Assembly: GCA_022710975.1 (NCBI GenBank)
Contig: JAKLGA010000009.1
Span: forward strand, 181,547-245,546
Length of the DNA stretch: 64,000 nucleotides
Direction: 5' to 3'
Origin: Myxococcota bacterium
Lineage (GTDB): Bacteria > Myxococcota > B64-G9
Position numbers and translations under genes: made by a program. Below are positions 48,789-60,879 of the stretch, piece by piece; position 1 is the stretch's first letter; each line of letters starts with the position of its first letter. A model generated the notes under the pieces. That model saw nothing but the letters and a program-made list of their open reading frames with translations, searched no databases and was not told the DNA's origin.

Positions 48789-50831
48789 ATGCCTGTACAC
48801 AAGCCGAGCCCGAACCCGACGCCGTCTCCGGAACTCGGCGATCGGCAGATCCTGCGCGCGCTGCTGGAGGCCGCCGTGCCGCTCGAGGAGGGGCCGGCCT
48901 GGGACGTGCGCTTCCGCCACCTGGCCTTCGACCCGGAGCGTCTGACCGCGCGGCTGCTGGAGCTGGCCCGGGAGGCGGGCGTGCGGACCACGCGCCGGCT
49001 GGTGCAGCGCTTCGCCGCGGACTTCGCCGGGCGGGTGCGGCTGCGCGTGTCGCGGACGGATCCCGTGCCCGTGCGCTGGATGCACGGGGAGGTCAAGGTG
49101 CCGCGCTGGTTCCTGGCCGAGCTCCTGGGGGTGGTGGGCACGGAGCTGCTGCCCACCCGGCGCCAGGCCCGCCAGGCGGCGTTCGACGCAGCCAGGGAGG
49201 TGGCCTACTTCGGCGCGGGTGGGATCGGCGAGCAGATCCTGCCGCACCCGGTCGCGCTGGTGCGGGCCGCCCTGGCCGGCGAGGAGGCGCTGCGCCTGGA
49301 GCCGGTGCTGCTCGAGGAGGAGAGCCCGCCCCGGCGCTGGACGGTCTACGATCTGCTGCGCCTGGACGAGGACTTCCACCGCCAGGCGGACGGGGAGGCA
49401 GAGCTGGGCCGCTTCCAGACCCGGCTGCGCGAGGATCCCCTGGACGGCACCACGGTGGGCAAGCTGAGGGCCTTCTTCGACAAGCGGGCCACCGTGGGGC
49501 TGCGGGACACCGCCCGCTGGGCGCTCGGCTCGCGCCACCCCTGGTTCGGTTGGAAGCGGGCCCGGGAGCAGATCGCGGCCTGCTTCGAGCGCCACGGGGA
49601 TGCGAGCTTCCTCTCGCCGCGCGTGAGCCTGTACCTGCCCGACCTGGAGCTCGAGGCGCAGGAGCTCGCCGCCATGCAGGCCGACTGCCAGCGGGCCGCC
49701 GAGCTGTTCGCCGCGCGGGTGGCCGAGCAGCTGCCGCCGGAGCTGGCGACGGCGCTCGGCCAGGATCGGCTGGTGCGCCTGGCGCTGGCCGCCCTGGACT
49801 GCCACCACGACAACCCCGACTTCGACCTGGAGGTGCCCGAGCTGCCAAGCGGGCAGACCACCCTGTCGTTCCTCGGGCACGCCCTGGGGGTGCTGGTGCG
49901 CTCCGCCCGCGGCCAGGAGCAGGCCCCGCGGCGGAACACCAACCTGCGCGGCCACCTGAGCGCCATGGGCGTCACCCAGGCGGTGCTGGGCGACCTGGCC
50001 GAGGCCGAGCAGGAGGTCGTGCTCGCCGCCATGCAGGGGGTGCTGCACGACTACACCTCGCGCACCGGGCTGCAGGACGCGACCGGCCGGCCGCAGATCT
50101 ACCGTCGGCCGCCCCACATCCTGTACACCTTCTACGCCACCCCGGAGGCCCAGCCGAGGGACGGCGAGGAGCTCCTGGACTCGTTCAGCCTGGCCGAGCT
50201 CCAGGAGCCGCAGCACGCCCAGCACCTGCGCCAGCAGCCCGAGGTGTTCGAGCGGCTGGTCGTGTTCTTCACCCTGGTGCTGCGCCACTACCTGGACACC
50301 GCCCACGCCCCCGATCTCATGCCCGAGCGCCTGGGCCGCGACTTCGTGCTGCTCGGCCTGTGGGGCACCGGCACGCCCAACGTGCGGGTGCACCTGTTCC
50401 GCCACAGGAAGAGCGGCAAGGTGCGCAGCGAGGTGGTCTACCAGGGTCGCAGCCAGGTCCAGGCGCTGCGGCCCCACCGCGATCGGCGCCACGAGGCCGC
50501 CTTCGCCCGGCTGCTGGTGAACCAGCTCGGGCCGCTGGTGGAGCCGAGCATGTTGCGCGCCATCGGGGCCTACCTGATGGCCTCCGAGCAGCACCGCGAG
50601 GGCACCCACTTCCAGAAGGTCGGGGCGCTGGCATTCGCCCGCCAGTCGCTGGAGGTCTTCCGCGAGGCGGCCCGCACCGGCATCCAGGGCGCGCTGGTGG
50701 ACACGGCCACGACCGCCGAGATGCTGGTGGACAACGCAGTCGACTACGCGCTCAAGGGCCTGGATCGCGCGGCGCGCCTGGGCGACCACCTGCCTGGCAA
50801 GTCCACCGACCGCGAGCCGTCCAGCACCTGA
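48789..50831 (+). CDS. Hypothetical protein, 680 aa, probably in an operon with the upstream lipid kinase
   Basis: GAGGAG RBS; 27 nt after the kinase stop; strong GC3 bias. No domain recognised. The upstream in-frame extension in the ORF table (47649..) is a shadow. Confidence 0.55.
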   Translation: MPVHKPSPNPTPSPELGDRQILRALLEAAVPLEEGPAWDVRFRHLAFDPERLTARLLELAREAGVRTTRRLVQRFAADFAGRVRLRVSRTDPVPVRWMHGEVKVPRWFLAELLGVVGTELLPTRRQARQAAFDAAREVAYFGAGGIGEQILPHPVALVRAALAGEEALRLEPVLLEEESPPRRWTVYDLLRLDEDFHRQADGEAELGRFQTRLREDPLDGTTVGKLRAFFDKRATVGLRDTARWALGSRHPWFGWKRAREQIAACFERHGDASFLSPRVSLYLPDLELEAQELAAMQADCQRAAELFAARVAEQLPPELATALGQDRLVRLALAALDCHHDNPDFDLEVPELPSGQTTLSFLGHALGVLVRSARGQEQAPRRNTNLRGHLSAMGVTQAVLGDLAEAEQEVVLAAMQGVLHDYTSRTGLQDATGRPQIYRRPPHILYTFYATPEAQPRDGEELLDSFSLAELQEPQHAQHLRQQPEVFERLVVFFTLVLRHYLDTAHAPDLMPERLGRDFVLLGLWGTGTPNVRVHLFRHRKSGKVRSEVVYQGRSQVQALRPHRDRRHEAAFARLLVNQLGPLVEPSMLRAIGAYLMASEQHREGTHFQKVGALAFARQSLEVFREAARTGIQGALVDTATTAEMLVDNAVDYALKGLDRAARLGDHLPGKSTDREPSST

Positions 50832-51090
50832 CCCCGTCCACCTCCGTTCCTCCGCCGTGGCCAGGCTGACACGCTGCTCGTCCTCCCCGGTCCTCCTCCG
50901 ACTCGAGTCGCCCACGCCGCGCAACGAGCGCAACGCCCATCCACCGGCACCTGCCTCTGGCCTTCACCCTCGAAGAAATCCTTTCCTTCAAGGAGTTGGG
51001 TTCCCAGGGGAATGCGCAGGAGGAGAGATCGTCGCACGCGCCTGTGCGAGGCACGGAGCTTGCTGTCTGGCAGCCTGGAGGACACGCGCC

Positions 51091-52023
51091 ATGAGTCCCA
51101 CGCTGTCGGCCAGGATCCTCGCGGGCGCGACGGAACGGTTGGAACGGCGGGTGGGGGCGCCCCCGAGGCGGGCGCGCCGCGGCCCCTCCGGGCGGGCCTG
51201 GGCCCTCGGGGCGCTGGGCGCGACCTTCGGGCTGGGGGCGCTGGGTGTCGGCTGGGGGCTCGTCTCGGAGCGCGCCGCGGCCACCCCGCCGGCCGGCCCG
51301 GGCATGGGCGACCTGTGGCAGCTCGGCGTGCCGCTGCTCGTCGCGGGCGCGCTGGCGGTGGCGGGCCTGGTGGTCTGGCGCCTGGCCGGCTGGCTGGCCG
51401 CCGGCCAGGGCGATCGCTGGCTGCACGCCCAGCCCCGTCGCCGGATCCGCTGGCGCTGGCTGGCAGCCGGGCTGGTGATCGGGGCGACCTGGTTCGGGGG
51501 ACACAGCCTGCTGGTGGCCGCGCTCGGCCTGGCGGACGACGTGCGCGCCGCCGACGTGGCCGTGGTGCTGGGCAACGAGGTGCTGCCAGACGGTACGCCC
51601 CACGCCCGGCTGAAGAGCCGCCTCGATCGCGCCGCCGGCTTGCTGCGCGCCGGGCTGGTGCGCATGCTGCTGGTCACCGGCGGACAGGGGCGCACGGGCC
51701 ACGAGGAGGCGGACGTGATGCGCGACTACCTGCTGGCCCGCGGGGTGCCCGCGGACCGCATCCTGGTCGACCGCCAGGGGTACACCACCTACGACTCGGC
51801 CGTGCAGGCCCGCGCGCTCCTGGGCCCGCTCGGGCTCAGGACGGTGGTGCTGTGCTCGCAGTACTACCACCTGCCGCGGGCGCGGCTGGCCTTCACCCGC
51901 GCCGGTCTGGGGCCGGTCTCGACCGCTCACGCCCCGGTGAGGCCCGAGTGGCACGAGCCCTGGAGCCTGCTCCGGGAGTGGGTGGGTTACTACGTCTACC
52001 TGCTCCGTCCGTACCCGGGCTGA
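51091..52023 (+). CDS. YdcF/SanA (DUF218) family membrane-associated protein
   Basis: N-terminal hydrophobic segments, then the DUF218 core AADVAVVLGNEVLPDGTPHARLKSRLDRAAGLLRAGLVRMLLVTGGQG...DYL...ILVDRQGYTTYDSA. Confidence 0.7.
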   Translation: MSPTLSARILAGATERLERRVGAPPRRARRGPSGRAWALGALGATFGLGALGVGWGLVSERAAATPPAGPGMGDLWQLGVPLLVAGALAVAGLVVWRLAGWLAAGQGDRWLHAQPRRRIRWRWLAAGLVIGATWFGGHSLLVAALGLADDVRAADVAVVLGNEVLPDGTPHARLKSRLDRAAGLLRAGLVRMLLVTGGQGRTGHEEADVMRDYLLARGVPADRILVDRQGYTTYDSAVQARALLGPLGLRTVVLCSQYYHLPRARLAFTRAGLGPVSTAHAPVRPEWHEPWSLLREWVGYYVYLLRPYPG

Positions 52024-52038
52024 GCGGGCGCCCGGGGG

Positions 52039-55000
52039 TCAGCGCGCCCTGCGCCGGAGCACCAGCGCCAGGGCCAGCCCCAGGCCGAGCAGGCCGGCCT
52101 CCAGGGGCGAGCTCGAGGCTCCGCACACGCAGCCGCCGCCGCTCACGTGTGTCAGGTCCGGATCGCTGGCGCCGCCGTCGCCCCCGTCCTGTCCGGGCTG
52201 GCACACCCCGGCCTGGCATGTCCCGTCCGGACAGGCCGTCCCCTCCGGGAGCGCTGCGTGCCGGCAGGCGCCGTCGGCCGCTTCGCAGCCGTCCTCGGTG
52301 CACGGGTTGCCGTCGTCGCAGGCGAGCGGGGTCCCGGCGCACACGCCGGCCAGGCAGGCGTCGGCCGAGGTGCAGCCGTCGCCGTCGTCGCAGGGGGTGG
52401 CGTCGGGCCGGTCCACCAGGGAGCAGGCGCCCGTCGCCGGGTCGCAGGCCGCCTGGCGGCAGTCCGTGTCGGCGGTGGGATCGCACACCACCACGGTCGC
52501 GGGATCCACCACGCAGGCGGGGCTCTGGCAGACCAGGGTGCCGTTGCACAGGTCCGCGTCCTCGAAGGGCGCGCAGTCCGCGTCCGCGCTGCACTGGCAG
52601 GTGTTGGCTCCGGGCTGGCAGGCGCCGGCCGCGCAGGTGTCGCCCCCGGTGCAGGGGTTGCCGTCGTCGCAGGGGGCGCTGTTCGGGGAGAAGGCGCAGC
52701 CCGCGGCGGGCTCGCAGCCGTCGTCGGTGCAGGGGTTGGCGTCGTCGCAGACGAGCGGGGCACCCACCTGGCAGCCGAGGAGCGGATCGCAGCTCTCCAC
52801 GCCGTTGCAGGTGTCGCCATCGTCGCAGGCGAGCGGGGTGCCGGTGCACACGCCGGCCAGGCAGGCGTCGGCCGAGGTGCAGCCGTCGCCGTCGTCGCAG
52901 GGGGTGGCGTCGGGCCGGTCCACCAGGGAGCAGGCGCCCGTCGCCGGGTCGCAGGCCGCCTGGCGGCAGTCCGTGTCGGCGGTGGGATCGCACACCACCA
53001 CGGTCGCGGGATCCACCACGCAGGCGGGGCTCTGGCAGACCAGGGTGCCGTTGCACAGGTCCGCGTCCTCGAAGGGCGCGCAGTCCGCGTCCGCGCTGCA
53101 CTGGCAGGTGTTGGCTCCGGGCTGGCAGGCGCCGGCCGCGCAGGTGTCGCCCCCGGTGCAGGGGTTGCCGTCGTCGCAGGGGGCGCTGTTCGGGGAGAAG
53201 GCGCAGCCCGCGGCGGGCTCGCAGCCGTCGTCGGTGCAGGGGTTGGCGTCGTCGCAGACGAGCGGGGTGCCCACCTGGCAGCCGAGGAGCGGGTCGCAGC
53301 TCTCGGCGCCGGTGCAGGCGTCGCCGTCGTCGCAGGCGAGCGGGGTGCCGGCCACGCAGCCCGAGGCCGGATCGCAGCCCTCGAGGCCGTCGCAGACGTC
53401 GCCGTCGTCGCAGATGAGCGGGGTGCCCGGGACGCAGCCCGAGGCCGGGTCGCAGCCCTCGAGGCCGTCGCAGGCGTCGCCGTCGTCGCAGACGAGCGGG
53501 GTGCCCGGCTGGCAGGCGCCGCCGGCGCACGCCTCGTCGCCGTTGCACGTGTCGCCGTCCGGGCAGGGGAGCGTGTTGGGCTCGAAGGCGCAGCCCGTGG
53601 CCGGGACGCAGGAGTCCGTGGTGCAGACGTTGCCGTCGTCGCAGGAGAGCGGCGTGCCGGCCTGGCAGCTCCCGGCGGCGCAGGTCTCGTCGCCGTTGCA
53701 GGCGTTGCCGTCGTCGCAGTCCAGGTCCTGCGCGCACACCGAGCACGAGGGCTGCTCCGCGTCCACGTTCCCGTCGCAGTCGTTGTCCAGGCCGTCGCTG
53801 CAGGTCGGATCGCCCAGGCCGCCCTCGAACATCCCGGGGTTGACGCTGACGTTGCCGTCGTCGCAGTCCACGCCGCCGCAGGCGAAGGGCGCGTAGCCGT
53901 CGTCGTCCGCGTCCAGCGGCGCGCCCTGGCAGGCGCCGAGCGCGCAGGTGTCGCCCTCGGAGCAGGGGTCGCCGTCGTCGCATGGATCGGCGTTGCCGGT
54001 GTAAGCGCAGCCCGTGGCCGGGGCGCACGAGTCCGTGGTGCAGGCGTTGCCGTCGTCGCAGGCGAGCGGCGTGCCCGGCTGGCAGCTCCCGCCGGCGCAG
54101 ACCTCGGCGCCGTTGCAGAGGTCGCCGTCCGCGCAGGAGAGGGTGTTGTCCACTAGCACGCAGCCCGTGAACGGGTCGCACGAGTCCGTGGTGCAGAGGT
54201 TGCCGTCGTCGCAGGCGAGCGGTGTGCCGGCCTGGCAGGTGCCGGCGGAGCAGGCCTCGTCCCCGTTGCAGAGATCGCCGTCCGCGCAGGAGAGGGTGTT
54301 GGGGGCATAGCTGCAGCCCGTGGCCGGGGCGCAGGAGTCCGTGGTGCAGGAGTTGCCGTCGTCGCAGACGAGCGGGGTGCCGGCCTGGCAGGTGCCGGCC
54401 GCGCAGGCCTCGCTGCCGTTGCACTGATCGCCGTCCGAGCAGGAGACCGTGTTGGGGACATTGCTGCAGCCCGTGGCCGGGGCGCAGGAGTCCGAGGTGC
54501 AGACGTTGCCGTCATTGCAGCTCAGCGGTGTGCCGGCCTGGCAGGTGCCGGCGGAGCAGGCCTCGTCCCCGTTGCAGAGATCGCCGTCCGCGCAGGAGAG
54601 GGTGTTGGGGGCATAGCTGCAGCCCGTGGCCGGGGCGCAGGAGTCCGTGGTGCAGGAGTTGCCGTCGTCGCAGACCAGCGGGGCGCCGGCCTGGCACGAG
54701 CCCGCGGAGCAGGCCTCGTTGCCGTTGCAGAGGTCGCCGTCCGAGCAGGGCAGCGCGTTGTTGGCGAAGGCGCAGCCTGTGGCCGGGACGCAGGAGTCGG
54801 TGGTGCAGACGTTGCCGTCGTTGCAGGTGAGCGGCGTGCCGGCCTGGCAGGTGCCGCCGGAGCAGACCTCGGCGCCATCGCAGAGGTCGCCGTCCGCGCA
54901 GGAGGCCGTGTTGGGGACGAAGCTGCAGCCCGTGGCCGGGACGCAGGAGTCCGAGGTGCAGACGTTGCCGTCGTTGCAGGTCAGGGGGGTGCCGGCCTGG

Positions 55001-58000
55001 CAGGCGCCGCCGGCGCAGACCTCGCTGCCGTTGCACAAGTTGCCATCCGCGCAGGAGGCCGTGTTGGGGACGAAGCTGCAGCCCGTGGCCGGGACGCAGG
55101 AGTCGGTGGTGCAGACGTTGCCGTCGCTGCAGGTCAGGGGGGTGCCGGCCTGGCAGGCGCCGCCGGCGCAGACCTCGCTGCCGTTGCACAAGTTGCCGTC
55201 CGCGCACGAGGCCGTGTTGGGGACGAAGCTGCAGCCCGTGGCCGGGACGCAGGAGTCCGTGGTGCAGACGTTGCCGTCGTTGCAGACGAGCGGGGTGCCA
55301 GACTGGCAGGTGCCGCCGGAGCAGACCTCGTCGCCGTCGCAGAGGTCGGCGTCCGCGCAGGAGGCCGTGTTGGGGACGAAGCTGCAGCCCGTGGCCGGGA
55401 CGCAGGAGTCCGTGGTGCAGACGTTGCCGTCGTTGCAGGTGAGCGGCGTGCCGACCTGGCAGGTGCCGCCGGAGCAGACCTCGGCGCCATCGCAGAGGTC
55501 GCCGTCCGCGCAGGAGGCCGTGTTGGGGGCAAAGCTGCAGCCCGTGGCCGGGACGCAGGAGTCGGTGGTGCAGACGTTCCCATCGTTGCAGGTCAGGGGA
55601 GTGCCGGCCTGGCACGCGCCCGCGGCGCAGACCTCGCTGCCGTTGCACAGGTTGCCGTCGGGGCAGGGCAGGGTGTTGTTGGCGTAGGCGCAGCCCGTGG
55701 CCGGGTTGCAGGAGTCGGTGGTGCAGAGGTTGCCGTCGTCGCAGGTGAGCGGGGTGCCGGCCTCGCACGAGCCGGCGGCGCAGATCTCGTCGCCGTTGCA
55801 GGCGTTGCCGTCCGAGCAGTCGCCGTTGCCCGAGCAGACCGAGCACGACGGCTGCTCCAGGTCGGTGTTGCCGTCGCAGTCGTTGTCCAGCCCGTCGGCG
55901 CACGTGGGATCGCCCAGCCCACCCTCGAAGGCGCCGGGGTTGACGGCGGGGTCGGTGTCGTCGCAGTCCGTGCCGAGGCAGGCCAGCGGCACGTAGGTGT
56001 CGCCGTCCGCGTCCAGCGGGTCGCCCTGGCAGGTGCCGGCCGCGCAGGCGTCGGCCATGGTGCAATCGTCGGCGTCGTCGCAGGGGCCGGTGTTGGCGGG
56101 GTAGGCGCAGCCCGTGGCCGGGACGCAGGAGTCCATGGTGCAGACGTTGCCGTCGTTGCAGACGAGCGGGGTGCCGGCCTGGCACGAGCCGCCGGAGCAT
56201 GCCTCAGCGCCGTCGCAGAGGTCGCCGTCCGGGCAGGGCAGGGTGTTGTTGGCGTAGCTGCAGCCCGTGGCCGGGACGCAGGAGTCCGTGGTGCAGACGT
56301 TGCCGTCGTTGCAGACGAGCGGGGTGCCGGCCTGGCACGAGCCCGCGGAGCAGGCCTCGTTCCCGTTGCACAGGTCGCCGTCCGGGCAGGGCAGGGTGTT
56401 GTTCGCGTTGCTGCAGCCCGTGGCCGGGACGCAGGAGTCCGTGGTGCAGAGGTTGCCGTCGTTGCAGACGAGCGGGGTGCCGGCCTGGCAGGAGCCCGCG
56501 GCGCAGACCTCGTTCCCGTTGCACAGGTTCCCGTCTGGGCAGGGGACGGTGTTGTTGACGTTGCTGCAGCCCGTGGCCGGGACGCAGGAGTCCGTGGTGC
56601 AGAGGTTGCCGTCGTTGCAGGTGAGCGGCGTGCCGGCCTGGCACGAGCCCGCGGAGCAGGCCTCGTTGCCGTTGCAGAGGTCGCCGTCCGGGCAGGGCAG
56701 CGCGTTGTTGGCGTAGGCGCAGCCCGTGGCCGGGACGCAGGAGTCCGTGGTGCAGAGGTTGCCGTCGTTGCAGGTGAGCGGCGTGCCGGCCTGGCAGGAG
56801 CCCGCGGAGCAGACCTCGTTCCCGTTGCACAGGTTCCCGTCTGGGCAGGGGACGGTGTTGTTGACGTTGCTGCAGCCCGTGGCCGGGACGCAGGAGTCCG
56901 TGGTGCAGACGTTCCCGTCGTTGCAGACGAGCGGGGTGCCGGCCTGGCAGGAGCCCGCGGAGCAGACCTCGTTGCCGTTGCAGAGGTTGCCGTCCGGGCA
57001 GGGCAGGGTGTTGTTCGCGGTGCTGCAGCCCGTGGCCGGGACGCAGGAGTCCGTGGTGCAGAGGTTGCCGTCGTCGCAGACCAGCGGGGTGCCGGCCTGG
57101 CAGGAGCCCGCGGCGCAGACCTCGTTCCCGTTGCACAGGTTGCCGTCTGGGCAGGGGACGGTGTTGTTGACGTTGCTGCAGCCCGTGGCCGGGACGCAGG
57201 AGTCCGTGGTGCAGACGTTGCCGTCGTTGCAGACGAGCGGGGTGCCGGCCTGGCAGGAGCCCGCGGAGCAGACCTCGTTCCCGTTGCAGAGGTTGCCGTC
57301 CGGGCAGGGCAGGGTGTTGTTCGCGGTGCTGCAGCCCGTGGCCGGGACGCAGGAGTCCGTGGTGCAGAGGTTGCCGTCGTTGCAGACCAGCGGGGTGCCG
57401 GCCTGGCAGGAGCCCGCGGAGCAGACCTCGTTCCCGTTGCACAGGTTGCCGTCCGGGCAGGGCAGGGTGTTGTTCGCGGTGCTGCAGCCCGTGGCCGGGA
57501 CGCAGGAGTCCGTGGTGCAGAGGTTGCCGTCGTCGCAGACCAGCGGGGTGCCGGCCTGGCAGGAGCCCGCGGCGCAGACCTCGTTCCCGTTGCACAGGTT
57601 GCCGTCTGGGCAGGGGACGGTGTTGTTGACGTTGCTGCAGCCCGTGGCCGGGACGCAGGAGTCCGTGGTGCAGACGTTGCCGTCGTTGCAGACGAGCGGG
57701 GTGCCGGCCTGGCAGGAGCCCGCGGAGCAGACCTCGTTCCCGTTGCAGAGGTTGCCGTCCGGGCAGGGCAGGGTGTTGTTCGCGGTGCTGCAGCCCGTGG
57801 CCGGGACGCAGGAGTCCGTGGTGCAGACGTTCCCGTCGTTGCAGACCAGCGGGGTGCCGGCCTGGCAGGAGCCCGCGGCGCAGACCTCGTTCCCGTTGCA
57901 CAGGTTCCCGTCCGGGCAGGGCAGGGTGTTGGTGACGTTGCTGCAGCCCGTGGCCGGGACGCAGGAGTCCGTGGTGCAGAGGTTGCCGTCGTCGCAGACC

Positions 58001-60759
58001 AGCGGGGTGCCGGGCAGGCAGCTGCCTGTGGCGACCACGCAGGTCTCCGCACCGTTGCAGGCGTCCCCGTCGTCGCAGTCCGGATCGCCGGTACAGGTGG
58101 CCGGCTCCTTGATCCAGATCTGGAGGTTGTCCAGCCGGCAGCCGGCCTGGTTGACGGTGTAGTCGGTGTACGAGCGGAAGCGGAAGTAGACGGTGTCGTA
58201 GCCGATCAGCGGGGTGAGGTTCACCTCCTGCGCGCCGCTGGCGGTGCCGGTGAAGCCGGTGATGATCCGCCACTGGACGTTGTCCAGGCTGTACTCCCAG
58301 ATCAACCAGTCATAGTTCTGCTCGTAGGCGCAGGACACCAGGTCGAAGCTGATCGAGGCGGACACCGCGTCGCTCAGATCGACCCCGGCCGAGAAGGTGG
58401 CCGAGGAGCGGTTGTTGTCTCGGTAGTTGGCCCCCGGGCTGTCGTCCAGCACCCCGCCCTGCACGGCCCAGGTGGGGGTCAGGGTCCAGTTGGTCGCGTT
58501 GCCGAAGGTCTCGTCGACGACCAGCGTGTCGGGCGCGTCGCCGGCCGCGGTGACGAGGATGTCGTCGAGGTACCACCCGTCCCGGCGGGTGCTGGCGTTC
58601 GACGACAGCCAGAAACGGAGCTGGACCCGCTGGCCGGTCGCGAGGATCGTGCCGGCCCACTCGTGCCAGGTGGTGTTGGTGCCGGTGACCTGATCCACGC
58701 TGGTCCAGGCCGACCAGGTGGCGCCGTCGTAGGTGCGGATCTGGATCCTGCCGTAGTCCGCGTTGGCCTGCAGATCGTAGCGCTGCCAGAAACTGAGCCG
58801 GATCAGCTGATCGTTCGCCACGATCTCGGGCGAGACCAGGTAGAGGTTGGCGTTGTTCGGATAGTTGCCCCCGGGGCTGTCCGTCCAGCTGTGGGTCGGG
58901 CTGTGGCTCTGAGCGGTGACCTGGCCCCAGTCTCCGGTCCAGCCGTTGAGCCCCCCCTCGACGTCGTCGTCGAGCAGGACGGTCTCGGCGGGTGTGGTGA
59001 TGACCACCACGTTCGACAGGGCGCTCCGGTTGCCGGCGTTGTCCACCACCTCGAGGCCGAAGCGGTAGGTCGTCCCCGGCGAGAGGCCGCCGATGGTGAA
59101 GTTGTCCACCTGCCCGACCGGGGACGGGGTCCACAGCCCGAGGATCGGCTCGGCCGTGGCGTAGTCGAAGGTGGCGCCCTCGGCCACCCGCAGGTCGTAG
59201 TAGTTGGCCTGCCCCGCGTTGCCGTCGTCGCCCGTGGCGGTCGTGCGCAGGAGCACCCGCCGGCTCTGGGTGAGGTGCACGCCGAGGGTGGGCGTGGCCG
59301 GGGCGGTCGCGTCTTCCTCGACCAGGTTGAAGACGTTGAGGTGCCCACCGGTGACCGACAGGCCGGCCAGCGAGGCCCAGCGCTGGCTGCGATCCATGAG
59401 CCGCTGGCGGATGGCGCTCACCCGCTGGACCTGGGTCATGCCCGCCCAGCCGGTGATCAGGTTCGGCGCCAGGCCGTACACGATGGCCGCCGCGCCCGAG
59501 GCGTGGGGCGCGGCCATCGAGGTCCCGCTCCACGACAGCCAGACGCTGTTGGCGGTGTCCCACATGCAGATCTGGTAGAGGCTCTCGGGGTAGCCGGTCA
59601 GGATGTTCGGGGTGGTGGAGACGATCTCCTCGCCCGGGGCGTAGAGGTGGACCGTGTTCAGGCCGTAGTTGGAGAACAGCGAGCCGTCGCCCCAGGCGCT
59701 GGAGGCGCCGACCGAGATGACGTTCTCGTAGGGGTAGTTGCCCGGGTAGGAGGGCGTGGTGTCGTTGTCGGTGCCGTCGTTGCCCGACGCGACCACGAAG
59801 ACCACACCCTGGTCACGCGCCGCGGCGATCGCCGCGGCCAGGCTCGCGTCGTAGGCGCCGCCACCCCAGCTGTTGTTGAGCACCTTGGCGCCGTTGGTGA
59901 CGCCGTAGTTGATCGCCGCGATGGCGTTGGCGGTGCTGCCGCCGGTCGGCCCGATGAACCGCAGCGCCATGATCTGGACGTTGGTCGTGGTGCCGTAGAC
60001 GCCGATCGAGTTGTGGATCGCGGCGATGGCCCCGGCCACGTGGGTGCCGTGGCTGTCCTCGTCCATCGGGTTCGTGTCGTTCGAGTAGAAGTCGTAGCCG
60101 AGGCCCGGCCACATCACCGCGGCCAGGTCCGGGTGGGTGTAGTCCACGCCGGAGTCGATGACCCCGACGATGATCGTGCTCGGGGTGAAGCCGCGCCGGG
60201 CGATCTCGTCGTTGGCCTCCGGGGTGTCCATGTCCATGTCGGCCACGCGCGGATCCGGGTTGTACAGGCCGGCGTTCCCCTGGAAGGGCGCGTTGCCGCC
60301 CAGGTTCCGGTGGGCCCAGGCCATGTTGAAGTAGGGATCGCTGGGGACCTCGCTGGGGAAGTAGAGGTAGTTGGGCTGGGCGGCCTCCACCCCGGGTTGC
60401 TTGGTCAGCTCCGCGATGGCCTGCTCGACGTCCACGCCGCTGGTCAGGCGCAGCAGGTAGGTGCGGTTGAGCGTGGATTCCGGCGCGGACTCGAACCGCA
60501 GACGTCGCTCGACGCGGTGGCCCAGCGCCCCGGCCATGGCCTGCGCGGCACCCTCCTCCTGCCCTGCTCGCAGGGTGACCAGGACCTCGTCCACCACCCA
60601 GGCCGCCTTCGTTCCGGCGCGCCGCGGCGAGGGCTTCTGGACGGCCAGCTCCTCCGTGGAGACGCCGGGGCCCGGCTCCCCCGCGCCGTCGCACGACGGG
60701 CCGACCAGGGCGAGCAGGACGAGGGCCGCGGACGGGATCGCGATGGCTTTCGAGGGCAT
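52039..60759 (-). CDS. Giant (2906 aa) secreted subtilisin-like S8 peptidase, then an FN3-like domain, two jelly-roll-like domains, about 50 tandem 36-aa cysteine-rich repeats, and a MYXO-CTERM tail
   Basis: GGAGG RBS 6 nt before the ATG at 60759. Signal [18 protein letters not shown]8 catalytic blocks [13 protein letters not shown] (Asp), DSHGTHVAG (His), NNSWGG (oxyanion Asn) and [11 protein letters not shown] (Ser). Repeats are of the [51 protein letters not shown] type. C-terminus [33 protein letters not shown]. Confidence 0.85.
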   Translation of the reverse strand: MPSKAIAIPSAALVLLALVGPSCDGAGEPGPGVSTEELAVQKPSPRRAGTKAAWVVDEVLVTLRAGQEEGAAQAMAGALGHRVERRLRFESAPESTLNRTYLLRLTSGVDVEQAIAELTKQPGVEAAQPNYLYFPSEVPSDPYFNMAWAHRNLGGNAPFQGNAGLYNPDPRVADMDMDTPEANDEIARRGFTPSTIIVGVIDSGVDYTHPDLAAVMWPGLGYDFYSNDTNPMDEDSHGTHVAGAIAAIHNSIGVYGTTTNVQIMALRFIGPTGGSTANAIAAINYGVTNGAKVLNNSWGGGAYDASLAAAIAAARDQGVVFVVASGNDGTDNDTTPSYPGNYPYENVISVGASSAWGDGSLFSNYGLNTVHLYAPGEEIVSTTPNILTGYPESLYQICMWDTANSVWLSWSGTSMAAPHASGAAAIVYGLAPNLITGWAGMTQVQRVSAIRQRLMDRSQRWASLAGLSVTGGHLNVFNLVEEDATAPATPTLGVHLTQSRRVLLRTTATGDDGNAGQANYYDLRVAEGATFDYATAEPILGLWTPSPVGQVDNFTIGGLSPGTTYRFGLEVVDNAGNRSALSNVVVITTPAETVLLDDDVEGGLNGWTGDWGQVTAQSHSPTHSWTDSPGGNYPNNANLYLVSPEIVANDQLIRLSFWQRYDLQANADYGRIQIRTYDGATWSAWTSVDQVTGTNTTWHEWAGTILATGQRVQLRFWLSSNASTRRDGWYLDDILVTAAGDAPDTLVVDETFGNATNWTLTPTWAVQGGVLDDSPGANYRDNNRSSATFSAGVDLSDAVSASISFDLVSCAYEQNYDWLIWEYSLDNVQWRIITGFTGTASGAQEVNLTPLIGYDTVYFRFRSYTDYTVNQAGCRLDNLQIWIKEPATCTGDPDCDDGDACNGAETCVVATGSCLPGTPLVCDDGNLCTTDSCVPATGCSNVTNTLPCPDGNLCNGNEVCAAGSCQAGTPLVCNDGNVCTTDSCVPATGCSTANNTLPCPDGNLCNGNEVCSAGSCQAGTPLVCNDGNVCTTDSCVPATGCSNVNNTVPCPDGNLCNGNEVCAAGSCQAGTPLVCDDGNLCTTDSCVPATGCSTANNTLPCPDGNLCNGNEVCSAGSCQAGTPLVCNDGNLCTTDSCVPATGCSTANNTLPCPDGNLCNGNEVCSAGSCQAGTPLVCNDGNVCTTDSCVPATGCSNVNNTVPCPDGNLCNGNEVCAAGSCQAGTPLVCDDGNLCTTDSCVPATGCSTANNTLPCPDGNLCNGNEVCSAGSCQAGTPLVCNDGNVCTTDSCVPATGCSNVNNTVPCPDGNLCNGNEVCSAGSCQAGTPLTCNDGNLCTTDSCVPATGCAYANNALPCPDGDLCNGNEACSAGSCQAGTPLTCNDGNLCTTDSCVPATGCSNVNNTVPCPDGNLCNGNEVCAAGSCQAGTPLVCNDGNLCTTDSCVPATGCSNANNTLPCPDGDLCNGNEACSAGSCQAGTPLVCNDGNVCTTDSCVPATGCSYANNTLPCPDGDLCDGAEACSGGSCQAGTPLVCNDGNVCTMDSCVPATGCAYPANTGPCDDADDCTMADACAAGTCQGDPLDADGDTYVPLACLGTDCDDTDPAVNPGAFEGGLGDPTCADGLDNDCDGNTDLEQPSCSVCSGNGDCSDGNACNGDEICAAGSCEAGTPLTCDDGNLCTTDSCNPATGCAYANNTLPCPDGNLCNGSEVCAAGACQAGTPLTCNDGNVCTTDSCVPATGCSFAPNTASCADGDLCDGAEVCSGGTCQVGTPLTCNDGNVCTTDSCVPATGCSFVPNTASCADADLCDGDEVCSGGTCQSGTPLVCNDGNVCTTDSCVPATGCSFVPNTASCADGNLCNGSEVCAGGACQAGTPLTCSDGNVCTTDSCVPATGCSFVPNTASCADGNLCNGSEVCAGGACQAGTPLTCNDGNVCTSDSCVPATGCSFVPNTASCADGDLCDGAEVCSGGTCQAGTPLTCNDGNVCTTDSCVPATGCAFANNALPCSDGDLCNGNEACSAGSCQAGAPLVCDDGNSCTTDSCAPATGCSYAPNTLSCADGDLCNGDEACSAGTCQAGTPLSCNDGNVCTSDSCAPATGCSNVPNTVSCSDGDQCNGSEACAAGTCQAGTPLVCDDGNSCTTDSCAPATGCSYAPNTLSCADGDLCNGDEACSAGTCQAGTPLACDDGNLCTTDSCDPFTGCVLVDNTLSCADGDLCNGAEVCAGGSCQPGTPLACDDGNACTTDSCAPATGCAYTGNADPCDDGDPCSEGDTCALGACQGAPLDADDDGYAPFACGGVDCDDGNVSVNPGMFEGGLGDPTCSDGLDNDCDGNVDAEQPSCSVCAQDLDCDDGNACNGDETCAAGSCQAGTPLSCDDGNVCTTDSCVPATGCAFEPNTLPCPDGDTCNGDEACAGGACQPGTPLVCDDGDACDGLEGCDPASGCVPGTPLICDDGDVCDGLEGCDPASGCVAGTPLACDDGDACTGAESCDPLLGCQVGTPLVCDDANPCTDDGCEPAAGCAFSPNSAPCDDGNPCTGGDTCAAGACQPGANTCQCSADADCAPFEDADLCNGTLVCQSPACVVDPATVVVCDPTADTDCRQAACDPATGACSLVDRPDATPCDDGDGCTSADACLAGVCTGTPLACDDGDTCNGVESCDPLLGCQVGAPLVCDDANPCTDDGCEPAAGCAFSPNSAPCDDGNPCTGGDTCAAGACQPGANTCQCSADADCAPFEDADLCNGTLVCQSPACVVDPATVVVCDPTADTDCRQAACDPATGACSLVDRPDATPCDDGDGCTSADACLAGVCAGTPLACDDGNPCTEDGCEAADGACRHAALPEGTACPDGTCQAGVCQPGQDGGDGGASDPDLTHVSGGGCVCGASSSPLEAGLLGLGLALALVLRRRAR
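52150..58040. repeat. Tandem array of about 50 repeats of 108 bp (36 aa) inside the S8 giant gene; many adjacent copies are identical at the nucleotide level
   Basis: The unit ...GGTGCAGACGTTGCCGTCGTTGCAGACGAGCGGGGTGCCGGCCTGGCAGGAGCCCGCGGAGCAGACCTCGTTCCCGTTGCAGAGGTTGCCGTCCGGGCAGGGCAGGGTGTTGTTCGCGGTGCTGCAGCCCGTGGCCGGGACGCAGGAGTCCGT recurs almost exactly between about 56.2 and 58.0 kb. More diverged copies run down to about 52.2 kb. Confidence 0.85.
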
Positions 60760-60879
60760 GCAGAACCTCCGGCGCTCGAGGCATTCCACCCGACGACCCC
60801 CTGAGGCTAACCCATGGCGATCTTTGTCACCAGGGGGAAGGGTGTGCAGCGGTATCGGGCTGTGGTAGGTCTGGTGTCC

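Noticed and set aside
51012-58273. Multiple long ORFs in other frames or on the other strand within the S8 giant gene (51012..53417+, 51893..54424-, 52147..54156+, 54512..56200-, 55593..58052-, 56204..58273-, 58663..60804+)
   Set aside because: All are frame-shifted or antisense readings of the 108-bp repeat and give [19 protein letters not shown] junk. The single 52039..60759 frame explains the whole region.
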